Part shown: positions 43,543 through 58,163 of the stretch, one piece after another
Layout: each line of letters starts with the position of its first letter
How positions within the stretch are numbered: position 1 is the first letter of the stretch
Origin: Eledone cirrhosa
Taxonomy: Eukaryota
Direction: 5' to 3'
NCBI GenBank assembly: GCA_964016885.1
Contig: OZ024743.1
Location: 200,322,001 to 200,386,000 of the forward strand
DNA: 64,000 nt
The notes under the pieces: model-generated
The model's input: the letters and a program-made list of their open reading frames with translations, nothing else
Told to the model about the DNA's origin: nothing
The model's database searches: none
Translations under genes and position numbers: made by a program

Positions 43543-44142
43543 TCAAATGCTTATTGCAATAAAAGAGGATATAATGTGGTAAGTACATTTTATTTTATGT
43601 TAGTATTAATGAAGGTGAGATTACATTTTAAATACTTTGTGAATGTAAAATAATTCTCTACGTGTAAAGCCTTCGCATCTTAAGGAGAAATCATAGCAAG
43701 TTATTAACCTAATAATACCCAGAGTAGTATATTCACCAAACTGGAGTGGACTGGGATGAAGTTTGGAGATCCTTCAAAGTGTTCAAATGTTCATCTAGTT
43801 TTATAATACTATGTCACATGACGAAATGTTCTAGGCTCTTCCATGGATGAAATCGAGGTGGTCGTAGAATTTTGACATGACATTTGACAGGTCTTTGCAT
43901 CAAACGAAAAGCGTCAATCAGAACTACAAATGTACCATTTACATAGAGGAGAGAAAAAGAGAGAGAGAGAGTGTGTGTGTGAGTGAGATAGAGAGTGAGA
44001 GAGAGTGTGAGTGTGTGAGAGAGAGAAAGTATGTGAGTGTATGTGTGAGTGTGTGTGAGAGAGGGAGAGTATGTGTGTGTGCGCGTGTGTGTGTGTGAAT
44101 GTGTGTGTGTGCGTATGTATGTGTGAATGTGTGTGTATGTGT

Positions 44143-44191
<49 letters not shown>

Positions 44192-45295
44192 TGTGTGTGT
44201 GTTTTACAATGGACGAAGTAATTCCACTTCCTTCGTGTTTGCAAAAGTAAGGTGAATATATTCTACAAACAGAAAAAGAAAGCAATATTGGAAAGGAATA
44301 TAAATGCTATAAACGAAAGGAAAAGGAGGGGAAGATCAAGGACTACTATACAAAGGAAGAAAGAAAGGGAGGGAGGAGAGAGGGTAACAAACTCTACACC
44401 TAGGTGAGAGAGGTGTTTTTTTTTTAAAACCCACAAAGGACGCTGGTGATGCTTACTCATAAAATGCACGTTCTGTGTCCAATGTAGGTTCTAAGTTGAA
44501 AACATTCTCAAACTCTACATATCCCTTCGATCTTCCACATCGATAAAATAAAGTATGGGCTACAATTATTAATATTAGTCTACCACGAAGAGCTTCGAAC
44601 AACATGCTTTATGGCATAGGATTACGGCCCTTTATGATCTGAGTTCAAATCCTGCCGAAGTTAGCTTTGCCCTTCATCCTTACGTGGTCGATAAAAGAAA
44701 GTACCAGAAATTCACTGGGGTCGATTTAATCGACATTCTCCTGCCCAAAAAGTGTTGGCCTTGTGCCTAAATCAGAAACCAATATTAGTCTACCGCAACA
44801 TGACTGCAATGAAAGAATGTAGGATTAATCGAATGTTTCTATCCTACAAAATGAGTCTTTATAATTGATAACGCCTTAAACATACTCTCATTGCATCAAT
44901 GTCAGTGATATTTAAAGAAATGCGATCTGTATTGCTAGCATGATTTAAACAGAAAGAATTCTAAATCTGGTTACAGAAATATTATACATTTGGTTATTTG
45001 GAGAATCATACTATGATTTGATGTATGGTGAATAGATGAAGGTAGGTAAATATTAAACATTTGAAATAATTAAAATTGAGTTACTACAGATTCAACAATA
45101 ACATAGCATTTATGATTACATTGTTGTAACGGTATGTTTGACCAATGGAGTTCACTGTAATGTATTCTGGAACGCATCTCTTGTTTCTATATAAATATGC
45201 GTCTCATTCTCATTATCTCACTCTATCACTTTACGTACACACACTCATTCACACACACACACATGTATATATACATACAAACATATATATACATA

Positions 45296-45354
<59 letters not shown>

Positions 45355-45357
<3 letters not shown>

Positions 45358-45626
45358 GGAAAACTAAGAATCAGTGATGCATCGGAACACAATTTATTAC
45401 GTATTACAATTCTTACTCCGGCGAAGAGCTCGAGGTGCGATCTGTTGGTGAATCGAACCTGACTCTGGATTCGCAAGTTCCTCAGATACGTCTAGTGGTT
45501 TCGAAGCAAATTATCTTTCTGCTTCGAAATCACTAGAGGTATCTGAGGAACTTGCGAATCCAGAGTCAGGTTCGATCCACCACCAGATTGCACCTCGAGC
45601 TCTTCGCCGGAGTAAGAATTGTAATA
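45355..45626 (-). mobile_element. Short fold-back element (hairpin 45402-45626 plus 47-bp tail)
   Basis: Arms 45402-45508 and 45520-45626 with a few mismatches and an 11-nt loop; (TA)n on the left. Confidence 0.8.
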
Positions 45627-47200
45627 TCTATATATATAAAACGGAAGATGTCTGTCTGTGTGTGTGTATGATTTTTATGCATTTCCACATTTAATAAACT
45701 TTGCTAAAAATGTCCTGCTTCTATGAAAAAAATCGATAAAACTAAATACATGCTGTAACCCTCTCTCTTACACGCTTATTCACACTCTCTACTACCCAGC
45801 AGCGACAAAACTTCGTTCAGGAACGCGACATAAACTTTGAAAACTAAACAACACATCATTTTATACAACAAACATAGTTATAACGTTCTCTCCGTCGCTC
45901 TTCCCTCTCTCTATAATAGATCATTCCCCCGCTATATAATTTAACTGCTTTACTCTCTTCATGCTTTGAGGTTTAACACACCTCCCTATAGTTTCTTAGC
46001 TTTACTCTTTCCGTCGCTCTTCCCTCCCTCTATAATAGATTATTCCCCCTCTCTATAATTTAACTGCTTTACTCTCTCTGTCGCTCTTCACTCTCTATAT
46101 AATAACACTGTTTTACACACCTCCCTATAGTTTCTTAGCTTTACCCTCTCCATCGCTCTTCCCTCTCTCTATAATAGATTATTCCGTCTCTCTATAATTT
46201 AACTGCTGGGGAGTCATTGGAGTTCCGTATTGACACACGGCTTTTTGGGGTATTTTAAATCGGCTTATTGCAAATAACAACCCGCAAAATAACACTTCAT
46301 ATAATAGATTAATGCTATAGACATATGAATCGGAATGTTTAAATTATTTATTTTTTACGACTTTCATTGGTTAAATATGAATATGACAACACCCATAGTG
46401 TTGTGCTTCTGGAAATTCTGCCGAATGCACTGCCAAGGATGAAACTTTTCCCCTCGGCGATCCCAATTCCCGGTGAGACCATGTTTTGCCATGTCCATTA
46501 AGTCACAAGGGCAAACATTGTCGGTGACGGGCATCCATTTGGAGGAGCCATGCTTTATGTTGCCTGTTCCCGCGTAGGGAGCAGGAATGGAATTTTTGCT
46601 TACACTCCTCAAGGAATGACACGCAATATCGTCTACAAAGAGGTACTATAGATGTTGGTGCAGGTGTTGGAGGTGTTAGAGCTATGCTGTCTGGAAAACT
46701 ATTTCCTGGTAGGGTCACCCATGGCGGACAGATATGACACCTAGTGGCATCAGGGCCACCATCTTGTACCGATGCATCACTGATTCTTCGTTTTCCATTT
46801 CATCATACTCTGCTCCAAAGCAGCATAGAGTGCTCAACCGGCCTATAGTATGGACGCATCCTAGCAACCATACGACATATATATATATATATATGTCGTA
46901 TGGTTTACTCTTTCCGTCGCTCTTCCCTCCCTCTATAATAGATTATTCCCCCTCTCTATAATTTAACTGCTTTACTCTCTCTGTCGCTCTTCACTCTCTA
47001 TATAACAACACTGTTTTACACACCTCCCTATAGTTTCTTAGCTTTACCCTCTCCATCGCTCTTCCCTCTCTCTATAATAGATTATTCCCTCTCTCTATAA
47101 TTTAACTGCTGGGGAGTCATTGGAGCAACCATACACTCTAGCAACCATACGACATATATATATGTAACATAACAGCGTGCACACGATTTCCATATTAGTA
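45627..47200 (+). mobile_element. Helitron-like element with internal subrepeats (3' end uncertain)
   Basis: A|TCTATATATATAAAACGGAAGATGTCTGTCTGTG 5' end, similar to 4939. Internal repeats CCGTCGCTCTTCCCTC..TATAATAGATTATTCCCC at 45890-46206, duplicated at 46905-47124. Confidence 0.45.
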
Positions 47201-47387
47201 AATAAGCGGTTATGTGTGTGTAATGATATATATATGTGTGTGTTTGTGTGTCTATGTGTGTGTGTGTGCGTCTGTGTGTGTGTCTGTGTGTGTGCGCGCG
47301 TCTCTGTGTGTGTGTGTTTGTGCATAGAAAAATAGGTAGATAGTTAGTTCATTGTTATAAGTTCGTTTCAGAGGGGTCGATTTATCG

Positions 47388-47477
<90 letters not shown>

Positions 47478-47732
47478 GTATATTAGGAAGAAAATATTTT
47501 TTTTTTCCTTTTATTTTTTTCTCTTTTTTCTGGGTTAGAAAATGTTTAAAACAAAATATTTTACCTTATCTGAAGTGTTTTAAGTATTAGTTAATTTATT
47601 TATTTATTAACAATGGCATTTATTTATTTATTAACAATGGCATTTATTTATTTATTAACAATGGCATTTATTTATTTATTTATTTATTTATATATTTAAT
47701 AATTGTCTATTACCGGTTTCAGCATTTTATGC

Positions 47733-47814
<82 letters not shown>

Positions 47815-48129
47815 TATATATATATACGTACATACTTATTTACGTGACGCAACAATGTATGTACATATGTCGGTGTGTGTGTGAGTGTGTATGTGTGTAT
47901 GTATTATGTATGTATCTATATAGGCACTCGTTTATTAGAAATATTGAGAAGTTGCAGTAGAAGAAACAAAAACAAGTGCCGCAATAATAGATATGCCGAC
48001 AGAAAACTATATGAGAGAAAACTGTTCATTGTTAGCACATTAGTTATTGTTGAGATTCAGACAATTTGAAACTTATCTGAGCAAACCTATGAACGATAGC
48101 CTTCGAGACATGATCATTCAGTCATTTTT

Positions 48130-49512
48130 GCGAGGAGAAAGTCGATTAAATCGACCCCAGTATCTTACTGGGACTTTATTTTATCGACCCCATAAGGATG
48201 AAGGCAAACCTAACTTCGGTGGGATTTGAGATGAGTTCATATAGGGCCGTAACTCTATGCTGCAAAGCATTATGTTAACATTAATTGTTTCTACTTTTGG
48301 CACAAGGCCAGTAATTATCCCAGTGCATTACTGGTACTTTATTTTATCGACCCCGTAAGGATGAAAGGCAAAGTTAACCTCGGCGGGATTTGTATTCAGA
48401 ATGGCAAGGGCCGTTACTCTATGCGTCAAAGCATGGCGTCCGACACTCTACCAATACTGCCAATCCAACATTAATAAATGTTTCTACTTTTGGCACAAGG
48501 CCAGCAAATACCCAGTACATTACTGGTACTTTATTTTATCGACCCCGTAAGGATGAAAGGCAAAGTCATCCTCGACGGGATTTGAACTCAGACCGTAAAG
48601 GGACGTAACTATGCTGGAAAGCATGGCGTCTGACCCTCTACCGATACTGCCAATTCAAATTATTGTTTCTACTTTTGGCACAAGGCCAGAAATTATCCAG
48701 TGTATTACTGGTACTTTATTTTATCGACCCAGTAGGGATGAAAGGCAAAGTTAACCTCGGCGGGATTTGAACTCAGAATGGCAAGAGCCGTAACTCTATG
48801 CGTCAAAGCATGGCGTCCGACCCTCTACCGATACTGCCAATTCAAATACTTGTTTCTACGTTAGGCACAAGACCAGCAATTACCCAGTGTATTACTGGTA
48901 CTTTATTTTATCCACCCCGTAAGGATGAAAGGCAAAGTTGATGTTTAATTTTGAGGGAGAGGAACAGTCGATAATGTTAACACCAGTACTTGATTGTTTC
49001 ATCTACTTCGAAAGTATGGAAGAAAAAATTGACGTCAGTGGGAGTGAGCTCAGGGCGTAAAGAGCCGTAACAAGATTTATCCGACGCTTTAACGCCTCTG
49101 CCATTTCACTGCTATTTTGTTAACATTAATAATTACTTAAAGGGAGGTGGATTGGCAGTATTGGTAGAGGGTCGGACGCCATGCTTTCTAGTATAGAGTT
49201 ACGGCCCTTGCCATTCTGAGTTCAAATCCCGCCGAGGTTAACTTTGCTTTTCATCCTTACGGGGTCGATAGAATAAAGTACTAGTAATGCACTGGGCCAT
49301 TGCTGGCATTGTGCCTAAAGTAGAAACAATAAATAATTACTCAAAGCAGGGTCGGACGCCATACTTTGACGTATAGAGTTACGGCCCTTGCCATTCTGAG
49401 TTCAAATCCCGCCGAGGTTAACTTCGCCTTTCATCATTACGGGGTCGAAAAAATAAAGTACCAGTAATGCACTGGGTAATTGCTGGCCTTGTGCCAAACG
49501 TAGAAACAATTA
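48130..49512. mobile_element. Cluster of SINE family 1: about 5 tandem minus copies (48130-48940), one degenerate copy, and 2 tandem plus copies (49141-49512)
   Basis: Repeated TGTTTCTAC..GGCACAAGGCCAG..TACTGGTACTTTATTTTATCGACCCCGTAAGGATGAAAGGCAAAG at about 185-195-bp spacing, then its reverse complement. Confidence 0.85.
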
Positions 49513-49697
49513 ATAATTACTTAGAAAAATAGTTCATAGTATTTTTTCTGTTCTTCTGTGTTTGAGGATTGTCTGGGTGGATGTGTGCATGTATGGAACC
49601 ACAAGGAGTGTCTGTTCATACATATGCATGTATATGCATTTGTATATACTTATGTATCACTTTCGTACTAGATGCAGGGGAATCATTTTCAGTACCG

Positions 49698-49728
<31 letters not shown>

Positions 49729-49729
49729 G

Positions 49730-49794
<65 letters not shown>

Positions 49795-50604
49795 AGAGCG
49801 AGAGGCGTGCATATATAAACAAACATATATATATGCCTACACGCATACATGCACACTAACATACATACGTATATACATACACACACATACATACAAAGAG
49901 ATCTATAACACAAACACAAACATGCATAACAGCGATAGTCGATAGACGCAGACAGACAGTTCTACAGACGCCTAGCTCTATGTGTGGAGCGCATTTGGCA
50001 AGGATTGTATTTATGGTGCATATCAATAGGAATAGAATGAAGGCGGATGAAGACTAAAATCAACAATTGTGATATGCAATCCGGTCTGTAGAATTTCCGG
50101 CAGCACCACGGAGACTAGTCTAAAAGACCAGCATTTCGTCTTTCGTACAATACCAATGGGAAGACGTTTGTTAATTGAGTGAGTGCATAGTGGTGGATAT
50201 TTCTGTCATCGCCCCCGCTAACAACAACACTACTTCTGCTGGTACTATTACTACTACTACTACTACTACTACTACTGCTGCTTTTGCTGCTACTACTACC
50301 GCGACCACCACCACTATTGCTGCTGCTGCTGCCTGCTGCTGCTACTGCTACTGCTACTGCTACTACTACTACTACTACTACTACAAATAATAATAATAAT
50401 TGTTTCTGCTTTAGGCACAAGGCCAGCAATTTGAAAGGGAGGAGGAAAGTCGATTAAATCGACCCCAGTGCATTACTGGTGCTTTATTTTATCTATCCAG
50501 TAAGAATGGAAGGTAAAGCTAACCTCGGCGGAATTTGAACTCAGAATGTAAAGGCACGTAACTCTATGCTGTGAAGCATGATCTCAAACACTCTACCAAT
50601 ACTG

Positions 50605-50988
50605 CAAAGACAAATACTGTCAGATCATCGACATGGCCATACGGAATGGCAGGAATATTGCGAGTAAGGAGATTTTAAAAAATACCAAATACTCTGAAAT
50701 GAAAGCGGAGCTGGCAAAACTATTTGGAATGCAAGAGGGTAACATAAAACTCATACCAGTTGTGATCGGGCCTTTAGGTCAATCACTTTGAAACTTCAAG
50801 ACTTCTTAAAGCGATTGGGAATAGGAAACAGGTTGGGTGTCATACACAAGGCTACTTTGCTAGGTACGGCGCACCTTTTGAGGAAAGTATTAGCTGTCTG
50901 GGGTCCTTGTTGTGATTTGACAGATGACTATATACCTGAGTGCTTTATCCATCTGCACTGCGTAACTGAGCGATAATCATAATAATAA
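50605..50988 (+). mobile_element. 3' end of a second R4/Dong-like LINE ending in (TAA)n
   Basis: Frameshifted IIDMAI...KYSEMKAELAKL...IPVVIGPLG / IHKATLLGTAHLLRKVL, short 3'UTR, then ATAATCATAATAATAAT. Confidence 0.75.
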
Positions 50989-51420
50989 TTGTTTCTACTT
51001 CTGGCACAAGGCCAGCAAATACCCAGTGCATTACTGGTACTTTATTTTATCAACCCCGTAAGGATGAAAGGCAAAGTTAACCTCGACGGGATTTGAATTC
51101 AGACCATAAAGGGATAATTATAATAATAATTGTTTCTACTTTTGGCACAAGGCCAGCAAAAACCCAGTGCATTACTGGTACTTTATCTTATCGACCCCGT
51201 AAGGAAGTAAGGCAAAGTTAACCTTGGCGGGATTTGAACTCAGACCATAAAGCGCCGTAACTCTTTGCTCAAAGCATGGCGTCCGACCTCTATCGATATT
51301 GCCAATCCCTCGATAATAATGGTTTCTTATATAGGCACAAGGCCAGAAATTTTGGGGGAGGGGAAAGTCGATTAAATCGACCCAGTGCATTACTGGAACT
51401 TTATTTTATCGATCGCAAAC
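50989..51420 (-). mobile_element. Three tandem or partial SINE family 1 copies
   Basis: Same core and tail motifs, adjacent to (TAA)n. Confidence 0.8.
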
Positions 51421-52077
51421 GGAAGAAAGACAAAATATAAAGTAACAATAATAACTTATATTAGCCACAACAGGCAGAAGGAGTAGCGTGAAATAAGGTG
51501 TCTTGCCAAAGACATAACGCATCGTCCGGCCTGGGAATCGAAATCACAACCTCATGATTGCGAACCTAATTCTCTAAACACTCAGCCACGTGCCTTCACT
51601 ATAAGGGCGAAAACAACCTAAAAAGGGGCTTATATGAAGTAGCAGGAAGGGGAAGTCAATTAAGAAAAGATCTCGAATATACTTGGATGCAACTTCATGG
51701 TAATTGCAGGGATCCCTTAACCACACAAAATCTCAGATTACCTCGTCGTTTCAAGGGTATTAAAGGTACGTTCTGGGTTTTTTTTCCTCCAGTTTAGTAA
51801 AGCAATGTCAGAGTTGACCAATTCAGCCGTGTCAGTCTAGCGACTCTCATACGTTTACACTACAACGCAGCATGCCTTCTTTAACATCAACTCCCTATTC
51901 GTGTGGTCCTTGAAGATGTTGATCAAGTCTTCATTGAGAGAAACATTCCTGTAATAATCTATTCTTTATTGACTACAATAACATGCAGCGCTAGTGTTAT
52001 TACTAAGTTTCTTGAAAAGATATGTTTAGGCAAATCGAAGTGGTGGGTTTGTGTGTGTGGTGTGTGTGTGTGCGCGC

Positions 52078-52152
<75 letters not shown>

Positions 52153-52999
52153 GGTGTGTGTATGAGTGTATGTCTGTGTCTGTCTATATGTATATATGTG
52201 TGTATGTGTGTATATGTGTATGGTCGGGTCGTCGGCGACCAAACCGGCAACTCCACCAAGCTTGCTTGGTGAGGAGGGTGATATTTGGACACCCTGCGGG
52301 ATGGATGAAATACAAGACCCGGCAAAGAGCGGAGGAACTCAACAGACTCAACGGCCATCCAAATAGAACTTTTTTTATTTCCACCTGGGAGTGAAAGGTC
52401 TCCAGTTGTTGTCAAAACACCTTTCTAACAGAGGAAAACTCTGAAAAAGAAAAATCTGCGGCTTCGGAAGCATCCGATGATGTTAACAAGTTCTCTTTTT
52501 CGGATAGTTGTTTTGATACTCAGAGAGAGGGATTGGTCGAGTGCAAAGCCCTTCCCCACTTAAAAAAACCTTCAAAGCACAGGCATTGTTTGTTGAGGAT
52601 CTGTTACAGGTTCATGTGGCAGGGCATAGCCTAGAGGTGTACCATTTTCTGTAATCTGACAAGCGATTGCAATACTCTTAGCAGAGTTTGCAGCCACCAT
52701 GTGTATATGAGAATATGCGTGTATGTGAGTGTGATACCATCAAATATTAGACTATAGTTTTATTCGGGACAGACCGTTTCATACGAATACGCAATACGCA
52801 CATCAGATCTTTCTCGAAGTCGAATCATAACGTCTTGCTTCTACGTAGAAGAATGTTCCAGTATGATGACTGGGTTACATAATTAATAAATAATACGAAA
52901 CTGTCTATGAAGTATAGCGATTACATTCTAATAGGTGACTGAATTACACAATTAAAATATGCTAATCCTCTATTGAGTACTCCCATGTCATAGATATCA

Positions 53000-53032
<33 letters not shown>

Positions 53033-53040
<8 letters not shown>

Positions 53041-53389
53041 TAAAATAACAGATTAAAGTTTAAGCAAAGAATCGCTGCTTTCACCCTTAACGGGATCTTC
53101 TGAAACTAACGAAGTCAATCTGTGAACGCGGAAGTGAATATTTCAAAAAACGTTGCAACCGGAGGAAGACATATTCTGGTACATATGCTTTTGGTTATGT
53201 GTATACGTGAGTTTTGCGTCTATACGAGTATGCGGGTTCGTACGTATGTAGGGTGTGTGTATATGTGTACTTCGTATTTTGATTGACGTAGTCTCCGAAC
53301 ATATGTGTATTTACATGTATGTATGTGTGTGCGCTTGTTATATACGTATTTATTTATTTATTTATATACGTTTATTTAATTATATGTAT

Positions 53390-53429
<40 letters not shown>

Positions 53430-54330
53430 TAATTTGTATATTTTATATATAAATTTATGTATTTGGTGTATACGTTCGTATGCGTGCGGGTACAGGCGTT
53501 GCGTGGGTTCTGTATGTGCGTGCGGGGTTTTTTTGTGTACGTGCGTGTATTTGTATACCTATGGCGAGTGTTTTCGCGGATGCTTGTGTATGTACGTATA
53601 TGGATGCGTGTATGTATTTATTTAATTTCTATTACCTCTGTATTGTATTTTATTTACTTTATTCTTAACTCTGAAGCCGAGAATCATTCGGTTTCCTAGT
53701 TAGAATTTTAGTCTACGACTTCAGTTATACCAGTTACGTGGTTTTGTCTTTGCGTGCTATTGTTCTCACCGCTCCACATATGACGTATTATCTTCGTTTT
53801 TTCCGTTCGTTGCCAGAGAACGTCTCTATGAACCACCTAATAGAATATTAGTCTACGACTTCTTTTATACAATGAACGTGGTCCTGTCTTTGCGTGTAAT
53901 TGTTTTTCACCGCTCCAAATAATTGTTTCTACTTTAGGCACAAGGCCAGCAAATTACCCAGTGCATTACTGGTACTTTATTTTATCGACTCCGTAAGGAT
54001 GAAAGGCAAAGTCAACCTCGGCGAGATATGAACTCAGATCGTAAAGGGACACTCCAAATAATGACTATTATATCCGTTTTTTCCCGTTCTTTGCCAGGGA
54101 ACATTTCTACGAACCAAAGTATCGTCTTCCTCCGGTTGCAACGTTTTTTGAAATATTCACTTCTGCGTTCACAGATTGACTTTGTTTGTTTCAGAAGATC
54201 CCGTTAAGGGTGAAAGCAGCGATTCTTTGCTTAAACTTTAATCTGTTATTTTAATAAATATTTGCCCTACGGTTCTTATATATTTGATATATATATATGG
54301 ATTTTAGTCTTCAAATTTATTATTATTACT
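53033..54330 (+). mobile_element. Fold-back element, family 'TTAAAATAACAG' (copy with both arms), in (TA)n
   Basis: Arms 53033-53170 and 54124-54261, tail 54262-54330, internal ~143-bp tandem subunits, nested SINE at 53924-54051. Confidence 0.85.
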
Positions 54331-54337
54331 ATATATA

Positions 54338-54402
<65 letters not shown>

Positions 54403-54915
54403 ACATGCATACATACATACATACATACATACATACATACATACATACATACATACATACATACATACATACATACATACATACATACATACATACATAC
54501 ATACATACATACATGTATTCAAAGATAAAAAGATATTCAAGGACATGAAATTATTATGTATTCTTTCATTTCTTTGCAGGTTTCAATGCGGCAAAAATAT
54601 CACATTCATTTACAGAACAACTGGAAATTATCAATTAACAATTATCTACATCTTACGTGTTACATAATAAGCGTATTTCTTCTGGAAACCTTATATGGAA
54701 CAAATAAAATTTAAAAGAGGTTTAACCTCACAATATTTTAAGAATCAAATAAAACAATATTAAAATTCATAGAAGGTTAAAGCAAGCAATTAGATTCATA
54801 TGCATATTATGTAGAAGGACTGTAATGTGCATTGAGCTTCTCTCATCTTAACCAAAGAAAATAGTCCAGTACTACACTATAATCATATATTATATATATA
54901 TGTGTGTGTGTGTGT

Positions 54916-56070
<1,155 letters not shown>

Positions 56071-56161
56071 TTATATATATATATATATATATAACTTTAA
56101 CTTTGATAATTTTGATAGGTTTCGGCCAGTGTTGGCCCAGGCCATGTCTAACTTAATATCA

Positions 56162-56260
<99 letters not shown>

Positions 56261-57049
56261 AGAGTGTGTCTCTGCATATATACATATGATTGTAACATAC
56301 GAAAACTCAATGGGCCACCTTAGGTTTCAGAAAGCTTTATCTCCACGTTGACACACACGCACACGCACACACATAGAGACACATCCAGACAAGTATTTAC
56401 ATGCATATATATCATATTGCTTCAGCAGAAGAGCGGGGGAGTGTGTTTGAAACAGAAGAAAGAGAATATGGAAATAGACAGGAGAAAAATAAAGAAAACC
56501 GGGGCAAAAGTAGACAGAAGAGAAAGCACGAGTTGTTAGTCAGGTATCTTGAAACGTATTTACATTTTTAAGTGTTTTTATACAAATATATAAATATCAT
56601 TGAAACCGCTTACTGTGATCACTTTTGGGTGGAGTCTTTTATATAACATTACTCTACTGACAACATTAAGCAGTGGGTATAACAATAACTTGAGCAGGGT
56701 TGGATTTAGACCTCGGGATGGGGAGGGGCAGGGCACTTCAGGTTGGAGGGGAGGGAATACATACAAAGTTACATTATACAGCAAATCTTCCAATTTTACA
56801 TATCAAAGTTAGCTTGGAGCTAGTAATTGGAATTGAAAAGTTATACATACAGGTATTAAATTTAAAAAGTCTGACCACCATAAACTAAAAAGCCCAGCTG
56901 AGGGCACAGATAATTGTAACGGTCGTTGCTAGTGCCCAACTGCAGGGGAGCCAGGAACAATTACGTCCTTTGCTCACCATTAAATCCGACTCTGAACCTG
57001 AGCGGTTTGAGACCCAATAATTTTGATAACAAAAATTGGATAACAACAT

Positions 57050-57400
57050 GGTTGGATTGTTAGAAAATTAGCTTCGCAATCATTAGGTCCCTGGTTCGAT
57101 ACCACCGCGTGGTATTTTATGGAAGTATTATTTACCATAGCCTTAAAGCCAGCCTATGGCTTCCGAGTGAAATTGCGTGGACAGAATGGTTTGGAAGCCC
57201 ATCGGATTGACTGTACCCGTATTTCAAAGGGCTGGCCTTCTTACAAACTATTTAACGCTAAATTACCTTGAGAAATATGTTGAAGGCACAAGTGTCTGTG
57301 GAATGCTCAGGCACTTACACGCTAATTCATGCGCAGGTTATTCCGTTCATCAAACAAAAGGATCACTCGTCATCAAAACCGACCGAGATCCATTCCATAT
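57050..57400 (+). mobile_element. Degenerate SINE-like repeat
   Basis: B box GGTTCGATACC at about 57094. The 3' part (AAAGGGCTGGCC...CTAATTCA) resembles the reverse complement of about 13500-13640. Confidence 0.45.
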
Positions 57401-57553
57401 GTGTGTGTGTGTGCTGCGTGTGTGTGTGTTCTAGTGGTTGTGTTGATGGTTGATGGTTATGATGGTGATTGTGATATTAGTTATGGTGATGCCGGTACTC
57501 CTGGTTATGATGTCGATAGTGTTGGTGGTAGTGGTGGTGGTGGTGGGGTAGTG

Positions 57554-57592
<39 letters not shown>

Positions 57593-57907
57593 TTGCTGCT
57601 GCAGTGGAATAAATAAATAGACAATAAACATAGATGCAATCGGGAAATAATGGCTCCTTAGTTTGCCTTTTGAATATAAATAAATAACTTGTCAAGGTGG
57701 CGATTTCCGGGTGTCGTGTGGGGTAGATTGTTCATGTGGTTTGTGTGTAGTTACGACTTATGAAGTGGGTAACTACTACTACTGGTGTCGCTGTCCTCCG
57801 GTGCAATACTTGTAGTATGTTCCAGCTGGTCGGGTCGTGTTTAATCAATGTTGTCTTCTCAACTTTGACACGCAAGAAGAGAAAAAATCATGAAAGAAAA
57901 TAGAAAA

Positions 57908-57908
<1 letters not shown>

Positions 57909-57972
<64 letters not shown>

Positions 57973-58163
57973 ATGTGTTCTCGAATTTGACACGCAAGAA
58001 GAAGAAGAAGAAGAAGAAGAAGAAGAAGAAGAAGAAGAAGAAGAAGAAGAAGAAGAAGAAGAAGAAGAAGAAGAAGAAGAAGAAGAAGAAGAAGAAGAAG
58101 AAGAAGAAGAAGAAGAAGAAGAAGAAGAAGAAGAAGAAGAAGAAGAAGAAGAAGAAGAAGAAG
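57909..58163. repeat. (AGT)n followed by a long (AAG)n microsatellite
   Basis: Direct inspection; TTTGACACGCAAGAAGA is repeated at about 57864 and 57986. Confidence 0.95.

Noticed and set aside
46503-46718. Helitron PIF1 helicase motif (HRQCLPL resembling GDFRQCLPV)
   Set aside because: Only 5 residues match and no other helicase motifs are visible.
54561-54670. Possible host exon after a TTTCTTTGCAG acceptor
   Set aside because: No recognizable protein, no convincing donor, no supporting exons.
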